Below are positions 1 through 8,717 of a stretch of 25,421 bases of DNA, piece after piece. Location: contig JABIGM010000043.1 in NCBI GenBank assembly GCA_018650165.1, forward strand, positions 1 through 25,421, read 5' to 3'. The notes beneath the pieces were generated by a model. It had not been told where the DNA came from. It was given only the letters and a program-made list of their open reading frames with translations, and searched no databases. A program made the position numbers and the translations under genes. This DNA comes from Methanobacteriota archaeon (GTDB lineage: Archaea; Thermoplasmatota; Poseidoniia; Poseidoniales; Poseidoniaceae). Every line of letters starts with the position of its first letter. Positions within the stretch are counted from its first letter, which is position 1.

Positions 1-1587
1 GATTGTTTTCTCTCGATGTTTATCGTTAGGTGCAATTACCACGATTGGACTTCCCTCTTCTAGTAGAGCAATAGGGCCATGCTTCATTTCTCCAGCGGGA
101 TATGCTAGACAAGGAATGTAAGCAATTTCCATCAATTTCAATGCACCCTCACTAGCAACTGGTGATGAAAGGCCGCGACCAAGGAACATCACACTCTTTG
201 CATCTTTGACCAATTCAACAGCCTCATCTATCGGTCCTGGATTGGAAAGGTATTTCTCCATGAGGTCAGGTATTTTTCCAAAATTCTTTACAATTAGTTG
301 GCCCTTTTCACGAGAAAACGAACGTGTTCTACCCATTCGTATAGCAAATAATAGCAATGCGCCGACCATATTTGTGAATGCTTTAGTAGAAGCTACCGCT
401 TGCTCAGGCCCACTATGAATGTATACGCCTTGCCCACAAAGCCGAGCTATGGAAGAGCCCACTACATTCACAATTCCATGTACAGAACCCCCTTTCAACT
501 GAATTTCTTTTACCGCAGATAATGTATCTGCAGTTTCTCCTGATTGTGAGACCGCAAAGTGAATTGCATTCGGATTAATTACCGAATTATTGTATCGAAA
601 TTCGCTTGCCACGTGTGCCACAGCAGGTATTCTTGCTAGGTTTTCAATAGCAAGTTGCCCAATTTTACAAGCGTTAAGTGCAGTGCCACAGCCAATTAAT
701 CTCACATGGGTTGCGCTATGTAATCGCACTGGTTCTAATTTCAATCCGCCAAGTTTGGAACTCCCATTTTTATAATCTAGACGCCCACTTATACACCTTC
801 GAAGTGCTTCTGGTTGTTCATGAATTTCTTTTAGCATGTAATGAGGATAACCTGCCATCTCTGCTTCACCCCATTCTTCTTCGAGCACTGTAATGCTAGT
901 GTCTGAAGAGCCCCCTTCAAGGCGAGTAATATCAATTCCTGATTTTGTTATTGCCGCCATATCACCATCTTCTAAGAAAAAGATATTCTGAGTGTGCTGG
1001 GAAAGTGCGTGCGGGTCGGAAGATACAAAGGTTTCATCATCGCCTTTCCCAATGATCAATGGAGAACCATTACGTGCACAAATTATCAAATCATGGTCTT
1101 TGAAAAGAACACATAACCCCCATGTTCCAGTAACTCGTTTCAAAGTCTGCCTAACCGCTTCCAATGGCTCTTGGCCAGAATTAAGACCAATTGTAATCAT
1201 ATGAACAAGTGTCTCGGAATCCGTTTCTGAGCGTAATTGAATTCCTTTTGATTCAAGGCGTGTACGTATACCTCTGGCATTATCAATAATCCCATTATGG
1301 ACCAAAGCAACGGTGCCATCCGAATTAAGATGCGGATGAGCATTCTCATTGGTGACCAAACCATGTGTTGCCCATCTTGTGTGCGCAATACCAATATTTC
1401 CATCGATATGATTTGGTAAAATTTTGGATAACTCGGACACTTTACCAACTATTTTATGCACCTGTAGAGTTTCATTCTTTACTGCAATTCCTGACGAATC
1501 ATATCCCCTATATTCGAGTTTCCTCAAACCCTCAACAAGCAAAGGTGCTGCAGATCTATTTCCTAAAAAACCAAAAATTCCACACAT
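1..1587 (-). CDS. glmS: Glutamine--fructose-6-phosphate aminotransferase (isomerizing), 5' 529 codons; the 3' end runs off the window
   Basis: Translated by hand from the reverse complement (the ORF track misses it because there is no stop in the window). ATG at 1587 gives MCGIFGFLGNRSAAPLLVEGLRKLEYRGYDSSGIAV...GNIGIAHTRWATHG...NAHPH, with the catalytic N-terminal Cys2 and the LEYRGYDS and HTRWATHG motifs of GlmS. A GAGG SD-like site lies just upstream (plus-strand cctc, 1595-1598). Confidence 0.97.
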   Translation of the reverse strand, partial: MCGIFGFLGNRSAAPLLVEGLRKLEYRGYDSSGIAVKNETLQVHKIVGKVSELSKILPNHIDGNIGIAHTRWATHGLVTNENAHPHLNSDGTVALVHNGIIDNARGIRTRLESKGIQLRSETDSETLVHMITIGLNSGQEPLEAVRQTLKRVTGTWGLCVLFKDHDLIICARNGSPLIIGKGDDETFVSSDPHALSQHTQNIFFLEDGDMAAITKSGIDITRLEGGSSDTSITVLEEEWGEAEMAGYPHYMLKEIHEQPEALRRCISGRLDYKNGSSKLGGLKLEPVRLHSATHVRLIGCGTALNACKIGQLAIENLARIPAVAHVASEFRYNNSVINPNAIHFAVSQSGETADTLSAVKEIQLKGGSVHGIVNVVGSSIARLCGQGVYIHSGPEQAVASTKAFTNMVGALLLFAIRMGRTRSFSREKGQLIVKNFGKIPDLMEKYLSNPGPIDEAVELVKDAKSVMFLGRGLSSPVASEGALKLMEIAYIPCLAYPAGEMKHGPIALLEEGSPIVVIAPNDKHREKTI

Positions 1588-1596
1588 GATTGAGCC

Positions 1597-4500
1597 TCAC
1601 ATATTGATTATTTCAGAACAGATTGGACAATCCATTTTCCTTAATGTCATATCTTTGACAGTGATACCAGCACCACAGGAGGAGCAAGTTACCTTTCTCT
1701 CTGGAGCAGGCATTGCTGGAAGCGGCAGTGGAGGTAAGTTTCCATCTCCTAGCAGCATAGGCATTTCACCTGGTGCAGGAGGTGGCGGTAATGGCGGTAA
1801 TTCACTGAGAATCGGTGCAGCAATAATTGGTAAACTTCCAGGCAGAGGAAGCGGTGGAAGATGTTTCGCCATATTTTCGAAGATTTCCTGAGCTTCTCGG
1901 TCATCTTTACGCTTCATTCTACGCTCCAATCTCTTCGATGCAGTTCCCGATTCTAGTTTTGCTTCTAATTCAGCAGTTAGATCTCGAGACTCTTCTTCGC
2001 CATCTTCGTCCTCTAAAATGACCTTTGGTGAATTCATAGAAACTAACAAGTCCGAGTCACCATCGGCATCGATGGCGACTAGTGGCCCTGTATCCTCTTC
2101 AGTGAGCACTAGTAATTCTAGGTCTCCACCTTCGGCTGAAACTTCTAATTCTTCTTCTTCACGGTGTGACCTTCGTAATACAACAATTACCAATCCAAAG
2201 AGCATGAATAGGAACACTCCTATTCCGGCTAAAGACATCAATTTCTGATCGATATTATCACCTGGCAATGGATTCAGAAGCATTTCTATTATGCCATCGC
2301 TATCATCACTTTCTGAAGGGTAAAGATACACGATTTGCTTTGCACTAATTTGTCCAGATGGTGAAGCCATAACCACAATCGCATCATCTCCGATACTACC
2401 TGCGCCAACAATATGGCCTTCTGCAATTAGATTAGATAAACCGATTTCTGAATCTCCAAGATTATACATCCCATATCGAGATACTGGGCCAAGTACTCCT
2501 ATTTCATCGTGGAATAATTTTATTTCTTTATTGGAGATTTTCATCATAATGATTTTTGTAGCACCGGGTGCGGATGTATTTACGTAATCATCAACCGACC
2601 AAATTGAATCTTGAACAACCGTGATTATCTCTGCTGAGCGACCACTGCCTTCAATCCAAGCAGAAACAAGTACGTCCTTGTTTTTGTGCTCCATTACCAA
2701 AAGTTCTGGCATGCTAGCATCATCACCTGCAGGTGCTTGGAAATTAAATGGGGTTTGTGAAATGACTCCATGCGCATAAAATAATCCCACTCTCTCAATT
2801 CCAGTAACGTCATCACGCATTGCTTGGTATAGTAGATGAATCGTATCTCGTCCGATTGCTACAGCTAATGCGTCACCATTTTGTGGTTTGATATCAATAT
2901 CAGATAAGACGTTCATTTTGGTAGTCCAACCTGTATTTGATTTTACATTTTCATTATGAACCATGAAGATATTTGTAACATCATTCCATGAACCGCCAGT
3001 TAAGATATCTCTATGGTATCCTGCAAGTACAATTTCATCTCCTCTAACTGAAAAATCCATTCCCCAATAACTGCCTTCAGATTGCTTTAGGGGAGTCAAA
3101 TATGATGTAACGCTGCTCAAATCTCCGGATAATCCAATACTTGCCATTCCTACATCTGCCAAGGTATATCCAAGTTGATCATCAAATCTCTTGCTCCAAG
3201 CAAGATGGACTCTCTTGTCATCTCTTAAAACAAATGCAAATTCTCCAGCCCAATTAGATTCAATCAATGTGTCTCCTGGCATCCCAAAAGTGGAGGTGAG
3301 GGTTCTAGCATGTAATTCTCCATCTTTCGTAGTGAATAGTAATCCTCCGCCTTTAGAACTGTCATCATCATCTGGAATGCCCACGAATCCTAACACTGCC
3401 TCTCCATCAGATAGAGTTAGTCCAGTCTTTGAGCCAACTTCGAATTCATCAACAATTACTTTGAATCGTAATTCTGAATATTGTGCAGTGACGCCATTCC
3501 CTTCTAACACCACTCGGTGTTTGACAACACCAACTGAATCGTGGGTGTTAGTGAATTGTGCCTTTGCATTTCCGGATGAACTTGTTGAACCCGGTACTAT
3601 TGAAATGGTCTTAGTGTCGCCGGGGGTACTATACCACCCACCTTCTACCCATGTGTGTAGTTTCATTTTGATGTTTGTAGCATCGTTCTGACCAAGGTTA
3701 TCAACACGTACATTGATTGTGTAGGGAATCGGGACATCAGGATCTAGGCTCGGTGAAGGAATGGATGCATAAGTCGTAACTGCGCTAGTCAAGAAACGTA
3801 AAGTTGGTTCGACTGGCCGCTCTTCAATCTCAAAAGAGAATGTATACTCATTGTCACTTTGATCATCACCCATCAATCCATTCGGATCAATTTGAATTGT
3901 AACATCATGTACTCCTGCTTCAGTTGCCCACCACCAAAGTATGACTGAGATTGTTTCGCCTTTATCCACGCGTGGCAATTTACCTTCATTTGGATAGGTG
4001 CTAGAGTCTTCACCCGGCGCATCCAAGTAGAGGGGAAGGTCAGTTGCATCTAAATCTCCAGTGTTAACTACACTGAAATGAACTTCGAGAATTGTACCTG
4101 CTACTGCTTTACTAGCGGGTAAATCTTGGTCCATAATTTGGACAGTTCCCTGGAACCTCAACTCTGGAGCTGCCGGTTGGTTGTCGATAGTAAAGGTTCT
4201 ACGAACTATATCGGATTCAGCACCACTAACATTCACTAATTTTATCGAAATCTTGTGCGACCCATCGTCTATGCTGGATGAATCCCAAGTAAATGACCAA
4301 TCTTGAGTGCTATAATCAGTGTCATCGAAGGTGTGAACATTTTCCCATTCCTCAGAATTAACACGGTACATTAGATGACTTGGCTCAATACCTTGGGCTG
4401 TTCCACTAAAACTCACTGTGTCGGTTAACGTAGAACCAGAAGAGGGTGAGCCGAATGTTACTATCATTCGACCAATATTGCCCCATCTTGCATCGCTAGA

Positions 4501-6480
4501 AACCAATTCGTCATCCCCGATTGCTTTGGCTTCAATTACAACATTTAATTCTTCAGAATCAAACCAATCATCCTTGATTAGGACATCCAAATACCATGAG
4601 TCAGTATCTCCTCCTGCTGAAGTCCAATCAAGCAAAACTACTTCCTCAAAGTCATCTAGATATTGGGTAATTCGGATATTTATTTCATTCCAAGGCCCGC
4701 TATCTGCAAGAATGCCTCCTTCGATTCTGATTATTTCTCCTGCTACAAACCAAGAGCCATTGACTATGTTGGTGATTTCTACTCCAGCGGAAGTGTCGTT
4801 ATCTGGTGGAACAACAACTCCGCCTCCACCTGAAAACGGGGCGCAATTGCGTTCAAGTGCCATGTCAACCGCGCAAGATGCATCGAGCAAACCAAAGCCC
4901 CATTCATCATTCCAACGGTCAGAAATTCCGGATTCACTAGGACTTCCTTTCTCTTCACTTGAGTTACGCAAGATATCTTTTACTTCTTCTGGAGTTAGGT
5001 CCGAATTAGCTTGAAGCATTAATGCAACTACGCCAGACACAATCGGAGTTGCCATCGAAGTACCATCCTTTGATTCATATGAATCTTCAGCCATTGGCCT
5101 TGGTGATCCGGGGAATGATGTCCCTGTAGCTGCTGATGCTGAATATATACCGCTTCCATATGCTGTAAGGTCAGGCTTTAGTTCGTCCCATTCGTCATCA
5201 TCATTATCACTTTCACGGGGCCCTGAATTTGAATAATCTGCCATGAAATCATCGGTCCGGTTGATTGAACCTGAATCATCAGCAGAAGCGATTGTGATTG
5301 CGCCATCTGCACTCCCTGGAGATGCAATACGACGCTTTCCATCATTACCTGCTGCAACAATACAAGCAATTCCGTGGTCATATGTTGCATTGTTAACCAA
5401 ACGTGATTCTGCACTAGTTCCGTTGTCACCAGTATCATTAGGGTCTAGTGCATTACCAATTGAACCAAAGGACATTTGCCCAATCTGGATTCCTTGAGCG
5501 CCATCTCCCCAATTTGTATCTTTGTTGTTAATCATCCACTGTATCCCATTCAGAGAGTTTTGTGAATTAGTACCTCCGCTGTCGGTTAGTACTTTGACAT
5601 CAACTAGGAAGGCCCCCGGTGCGGCTCCGATGTGAACTCTTGAGGAGTCTCCTGTTCCCAAAGCGATTCCTGCTACGTGGGTACCATGCCCTTGACCGTC
5701 ATCGGGGTCTTGAGATCCATCTGGATTGGATGCTTGTGAGGTTGCATCATATCCAGCAACCCACTTTTGGTCATCATAGGAATTAGCATCTAAATCTGGC
5801 TCATCGTCTTGGTCATCAAAGTCATTTAGAGAACGATGCTCATTATCTACACCACTGTCTAGAACGGCAATTACAATTCCTTCACCATCATAACCGCGGT
5901 CGTATACAGTTCCAGAATATTCGTCAGATGGTTGGATGCGTGTTGCAGGGTTTGCAGTCTCTAGGAATGTGCCCATTACATTTTGCATTTCGATGACAAC
6001 TACGGATTCGAGTGCTTGGATTTCGAGCAGTGAACTTACTGGAACATGGTCGACTACAATTGAATCTAGGGAATCGAGAACTTGGAACCATGAATCTCCA
6101 GCCTCCCATCCATGACTGCGTAAAATTGCAACCAATGCATCCGTTTCAGGTTGTGTTGGATGCCAAGCAAAGTCGACAACTATTGCAACCGTTTTACGGC
6201 CATCTGCGCCAATTATTGCTGTAGCAGAGACCGAATCTTCACCAGCTATGACCTTTTCAAGTCGGTCATCCATACCATCAAAGTTAGAATCTGGACCATA
6301 TGAAAACCACCACCCATAGTCTTCTGAAGCATATCTACCATCTCGTTCAGGTAATCGGTCTCCTGCTTCTTCGATGATTATTTCTTCAGAAGCCGGAGCC
6401 GCTGAAGCCAGTGCAGAGAGGTCTGCAATAAGAAAAACTGTGACTAGTAAAAGCGCCTTGAGGTCTCTCATTGGTGTCAT
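1597..6480 (-). CDS. Large membrane-anchored S8 (subtilisin-like) serine protease, 1627 aa: signal peptide, propeptide, S8 domain, Ig-like/CARDB-like repeats, C-terminal TM helix, cytoplasmic acidic/Pro-rich tail with Zn ribbon
   Basis: Catalytic motifs VIAVLDSGVD (Asp), HGTHVAG (His), VAAGN (oxyanion Asn) and GTSMATP (Ser). Hydrophobic N-terminus ending ASA-AP. CARDB-like segments (VHFSVVNTGDLDA..., INVRVDNLGQNDA...). TM helix LAGIGVFLFMLFGLVIVVL followed by RR. C-terminal CSSC...CPIC. The start could alternatively be the ATG at 6471. Confidence 0.93.
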   Translation of the reverse strand: MTPMRDLKALLLVTVFLIADLSALASAAPASEEIIIEEAGDRLPERDGRYASEDYGWWFSYGPDSNFDGMDDRLEKVIAGEDSVSATAIIGADGRKTVAIVVDFAWHPTQPETDALVAILRSHGWEAGDSWFQVLDSLDSIVVDHVPVSSLLEIQALESVVVIEMQNVMGTFLETANPATRIQPSDEYSGTVYDRGYDGEGIVIAVLDSGVDNEHRSLNDFDDQDDEPDLDANSYDDQKWVAGYDATSQASNPDGSQDPDDGQGHGTHVAGIALGTGDSSRVHIGAAPGAFLVDVKVLTDSGGTNSQNSLNGIQWMINNKDTNWGDGAQGIQIGQMSFGSIGNALDPNDTGDNGTSAESRLVNNATYDHGIACIVAAGNDGKRRIASPGSADGAITIASADDSGSINRTDDFMADYSNSGPRESDNDDDEWDELKPDLTAYGSGIYSASAATGTSFPGSPRPMAEDSYESKDGTSMATPIVSGVVALMLQANSDLTPEEVKDILRNSSEEKGSPSESGISDRWNDEWGFGLLDASCAVDMALERNCAPFSGGGGVVVPPDNDTSAGVEITNIVNGSWFVAGEIIRIEGGILADSGPWNEINIRITQYLDDFEEVVLLDWTSAGGDTDSWYLDVLIKDDWFDSEELNVVIEAKAIGDDELVSSDARWGNIGRMIVTFGSPSSGSTLTDTVSFSGTAQGIEPSHLMYRVNSEEWENVHTFDDTDYSTQDWSFTWDSSSIDDGSHKISIKLVNVSGAESDIVRRTFTIDNQPAAPELRFQGTVQIMDQDLPASKAVAGTILEVHFSVVNTGDLDATDLPLYLDAPGEDSSTYPNEGKLPRVDKGETISVILWWWATEAGVHDVTIQIDPNGLMGDDQSDNEYTFSFEIEERPVEPTLRFLTSAVTTYASIPSPSLDPDVPIPYTINVRVDNLGQNDATNIKMKLHTWVEGGWYSTPGDTKTISIVPGSTSSSGNAKAQFTNTHDSVGVVKHRVVLEGNGVTAQYSELRFKVIVDEFEVGSKTGLTLSDGEAVLGFVGIPDDDDSSKGGGLLFTTKDGELHARTLTSTFGMPGDTLIESNWAGEFAFVLRDDKRVHLAWSKRFDDQLGYTLADVGMASIGLSGDLSSVTSYLTPLKQSEGSYWGMDFSVRGDEIVLAGYHRDILTGGSWNDVTNIFMVHNENVKSNTGWTTKMNVLSDIDIKPQNGDALAVAIGRDTIHLLYQAMRDDVTGIERVGLFYAHGVISQTPFNFQAPAGDDASMPELLVMEHKNKDVLVSAWIEGSGRSAEIITVVQDSIWSVDDYVNTSAPGATKIIMMKISNKEIKLFHDEIGVLGPVSRYGMYNLGDSEIGLSNLIAEGHIVGAGSIGDDAIVVMASPSGQISAKQIVYLYPSESDDSDGIIEMLLNPLPGDNIDQKLMSLAGIGVFLFMLFGLVIVVLRRSHREEEELEVSAEGGDLELLVLTEEDTGPLVAIDADGDSDLLVSMNSPKVILEDEDGEEESRDLTAELEAKLESGTASKRLERRMKRKDDREAQEIFENMAKHLPPLPLPGSLPIIAAPILSELPPLPPPPAPGEMPMLLGDGNLPPLPLPAMPAPERKVTCSSCGAGITVKDMTLRKMDCPICSEIINM

Positions 6481-6481
6481 C

Positions 6482-6496
6482 CCGCCCTACGGGCGG
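6482..6496. repeat. Perfect palindrome CCGCCC-TAC-GGGCGG immediately upstream of the S8 start codon
   Basis: 6-bp arms and a 3-nt spacer, read directly. The 11-bp core GCCCTACGGGC is identical to the one at 8697-8707. Confidence 0.7.
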
Positions 6497-6507
6497 TTTG
6501 CATAACA

Positions 6508-6513
6508 CATGAA
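6508..6513 (-). promoter_or_regulatory. Putative non-canonical TATA box (TTCATG, preceded by AAGG) for the S8 protease
   Basis: At -33..-28 from ATG 6480, matching the position and form of hexamers at other unit starts. Confidence 0.45.
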
Positions 6514-6527
6514 CCTTGGGTGAATAC

Positions 6528-6544
6528 GAGTCCCTTCGGGACTC
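6528..6544. repeat. Perfect palindrome GAGTCCC-TTC-GGGACTC overlapping the rhomboid stop codon (possible terminator/processing stem or operator)
   Basis: 7-bp arms and a 3-nt spacer, read directly. Confidence 0.7.
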
Positions 6545-7451
6545 AAGGCCATGCTACATGGGAGGATTCGACAACACATCTAATTCGCATCTTTTTGAGA
6601 TGTAATTCTCCTTCACAAATTGGACAAGTTGCACGCTCTGCAATTTCTTCTAACCAAGCCTGCCGCGTCTCTTTTTCATCGCCTTCATCATGAAGGCGTT
6701 TGACAAGTTCATCTACTCCTTTGAATGGATTCTCTTCTGTAATTTCAGTCAACTCTACTTCATCTTCCCATTCGATCCCTTTCTTCAAAATTGGAAGTGT
6801 CGCATATGCAAGAATAAAACCCCCGAAATGTGCGATGTGAGCAACATGGCTTACTTCAGATAATCCATATACTTGCCAAGCCTTGTAAATTTCAAATCCG
6901 AAGTAGAATAAAGCTATCAATTGTACAGGCCATTTCCTAATCAAAATTAATGGGAAATAAACCTCATCTTCGGGCCATCCACAAAGGTATGCTCCAAGTA
7001 TTCCAAACGCAGCACCAGATGCCCCTAAAGCCGGATTGGTAGAACCACTATTTGCGAGGGTCCAAGCGACTGAACCTCCTATCAATCCAACCATATAAGA
7101 GATCAACCACTTATTCCGCCCCAATCTTTCCTCAAGTGGAATACCAACTAAGGCGATAATGATGATATTTCCAAGTACATGTAACGGGTCATCCCATGAG
7201 TGAACAAATCCACTTGTAATAAGAGTGTGAAGATGGCCTTCTTCAACAAGTGCTGGTTTCATCCAAACACGCGTGTAAAGGTCATACAATTCAGGGCCAT
7301 ATCCAAGTGTCCACCCCCAGATTAATTGTACGATATAGCCGAAAAGAAGTGACAAAGTCATGGCCATAGCAATCGAGGCTTTATGATACCAAGCCCAAGC
7401 CAAAGGAGCGATAATCGCAACTATCCAAAGCCCGAATAATACCTCCTCCAT
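6543..7451 (-). CDS. Rhomboid family intramembrane serine protease with C-terminal Cys/His putative Zn-binding extension
   Basis: Multiple TM segments. Shows the H-x4-H-x3-N type motif (FVHSWDDPLHVLGN), LEERLG, the catalytic GASG and the catalytic His in AHIAHFGG. Soluble tail contains CPIC...C...H. Confidence 0.93.
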   Translation of the reverse strand: MEEVLFGLWIVAIIAPLAWAWYHKASIAMAMTLSLLFGYIVQLIWGWTLGYGPELYDLYTRVWMKPALVEEGHLHTLITSGFVHSWDDPLHVLGNIIIIALVGIPLEERLGRNKWLISYMVGLIGGSVAWTLANSGSTNPALGASGAAFGILGAYLCGWPEDEVYFPLILIRKWPVQLIALFYFGFEIYKAWQVYGLSEVSHVAHIAHFGGFILAYATLPILKKGIEWEDEVELTEITEENPFKGVDELVKRLHDEGDEKETRQAWLEEIAERATCPICEGELHLKKMRIRCVVESSHVAWP

Positions 7452-7471
7452 GTTAGGGCGGAGGAGGCGGC

Positions 7472-7482
7472 GGCTTGAAGCC
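7472..7482. promoter_or_regulatory. Putative bidirectional TATA-like element GGCTTGAAGCC serving the divergent rhomboid and ccmAB genes
   Basis: Palindromic. Reads TTGAAG at -31..-26 from the ccmAB ATG and TTCAAG at -28..-23 from the rhomboid ATG. Confidence 0.5.
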
Positions 7483-7505
7483 CATGCGGTTGCTCGGAAC
7501 TTCTG

Positions 7506-8681
7506 ATGGGAATCATCGAACTATCGGAAGTCACCGTTCGCCGTGGGCGTTCACAGGTACTAGATAGTTGGTCGATATCGGTGGACAGCGGCGAAGTTGT
7601 TTGCTTATCTGGAGACAATGGCTGTGGTAAATCTACAGTTATTGAAACCGCTGCTGGACTTATTTCAATGGAAAATGGGTCATGTGAAATCTCTGGCCAA
7701 CTCATTCGTGACTCACAAGGTAGAAGGGGACGCACAAATTTCGGCCTTTGCCTACAAGATGATTGCATAATGGGTGATGAATTGGTGGGGGAGCGAATCT
7801 TAGATGCCGCCGGTAGTGAATTCGATATTACTGATTTGTTGGCAAAGTGGGGTCTTAGCCATAGAATTCATGATAAAGTCGCCATGCTTTCTGGCGGTCA
7901 GAGACGACGTGTTGCTCTTCTGAGTGGCCTTGTCCCCGCTATGATTTCATCAAAGCCTGTGGCTATATTATTGGATGAACCCGATAGCGGTTTAGATGAT
8001 GAATCGGTTGAGAAATTAGCCGAAACTGTTCGTGATTTAGCAGCGGGTGGCCATGCAATTCTAATTTCAAGTCATGATTCTAGAATTATTTCTACTGCAG
8101 ATCGCATCATTGAATTCCCATTCAAAGAGAAGAAAGGTGAGCCGGCATCTGGTAAATTCACGGTAATAAAAACTAATTCTGTTCGTAAATCATATGTCGG
8201 ACACCGATTGAATTTGCGAACAATGTCAGGAATTGCAAACAATGGTATTGCAGGATTACTGACTTTAGGAGCAATGCTAGCTTTACTTGAGCCTGCTATT
8301 TTGGAAGGGCGGATGCTGACTGCATTTATCTTAGCCCCAGCACTTGCTGCGGGATTATGTGGTAACCCCATACACCGATTGACACTTGAAAATAGAGCAT
8401 TTGCATGGTGGAATACAAAATCGTCAATACCGCTAAATTCACTTTCCCATTCATTACTGATTTACTCAGGACTTACTACACTGGCTGCTTCGGTAACAGG
8501 AGAATTTGATGTTCAATTAATCCTCGTGGGAGGATTGCTAGGCGTGGTTACCGAATCTATTGTTGGATTACTAAGCAATGCTACACTCAGACTATCACGC
8601 CCAAATGCGGTTATGGTTCGCCTACTAACGCCTATTCTTTTACTTCCATGGGCACTAGTTGTTGATACTCTATCAGCATGA
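7506..8681 (+). CDS. ccmA: ABC ATPase fused to a membrane domain; probable heme-exporter CcmA-CcmB fusion
   Basis: Walker A GDNGCGKST, signature LSGGQRRR, Walker B/D-loop ILLDEPDSGLD and H-loop ISSHD in about aa 1-205, followed by about 150 aa with several hydrophobic helices. It lies directly upstream of ccmC-ccmD. The ABC ATPase call is firm; CcmB identity of the membrane part rests on context. Confidence 0.65.
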   Translation: MGIIELSEVTVRRGRSQVLDSWSISVDSGEVVCLSGDNGCGKSTVIETAAGLISMENGSCEISGQLIRDSQGRRGRTNFGLCLQDDCIMGDELVGERILDAAGSEFDITDLLAKWGLSHRIHDKVAMLSGGQRRRVALLSGLVPAMISSKPVAILLDEPDSGLDDESVEKLAETVRDLAAGGHAILISSHDSRIISTADRIIEFPFKEKKGEPASGKFTVIKTNSVRKSYVGHRLNLRTMSGIANNGIAGLLTLGAMLALLEPAILEGRMLTAFILAPALAAGLCGNPIHRLTLENRAFAWWNTKSSIPLNSLSHSLLIYSGLTTLAASVTGEFDVQLILVGGLLGVVTESIVGLLSNATLRLSRPNAVMVRLLTPILLLPWALVVDTLSA

Positions 8682-8684
8682 ACA

Positions 8685-8690
8685 TTGAAG
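8685..8690 (+). promoter_or_regulatory. Putative TATA-like TTGAAG for the ccmC-ccmD-nmd3-pgi/pmi unit
   Basis: At -33..-28 from ATG 8718. Confidence 0.45.
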
Positions 8691-8694
8691 ACGG

Positions 8695-8709
8695 AAGCCC
8701 TACGGGCTT
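8695..8709. repeat. Perfect palindrome AAGCCC-TAC-GGGCTT upstream of ccmC
   Basis: 6-bp arms and a 3-nt spacer. It sits between the TTGAAG hexamer and the ATG. Confidence 0.7.
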
Positions 8710-8717
8710 GGTATTAG

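Noticed and set aside
206-1589. Short ORFs listed by the track in the first 1.6 kb
   Set aside because: The region is fully explained by the open minus-strand glmS frame, which the track missed.
1424-5497. Plus-strand ORFs of 155, 166, 198 and 84 aa (1424-1891, 3191-3691, 4418-5014, 5243-5497) and similar
   Set aside because: Ser/Pro-rich antisense shadows of the S8 and glmS genes, with no motifs or translation signals.
5170-5830. Asp-rich tracts (tcatca/gtcatc repeats) in the S8 domain as tandem repeats
   Set aside because: These are codon-level repeats encoding acidic, probably Ca-binding loops, not DNA repeat elements.
6484-6494. REP-like element (CCTAC/GTAGG recalls the GTAG foot of bacterial REPs)
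   Set aside because: GTAG lies in the loop rather than at the foot of the stem, the elements are only 15-17 bp, and no RAYT/TnpA gene is present. Kept only as a palindrome finding.
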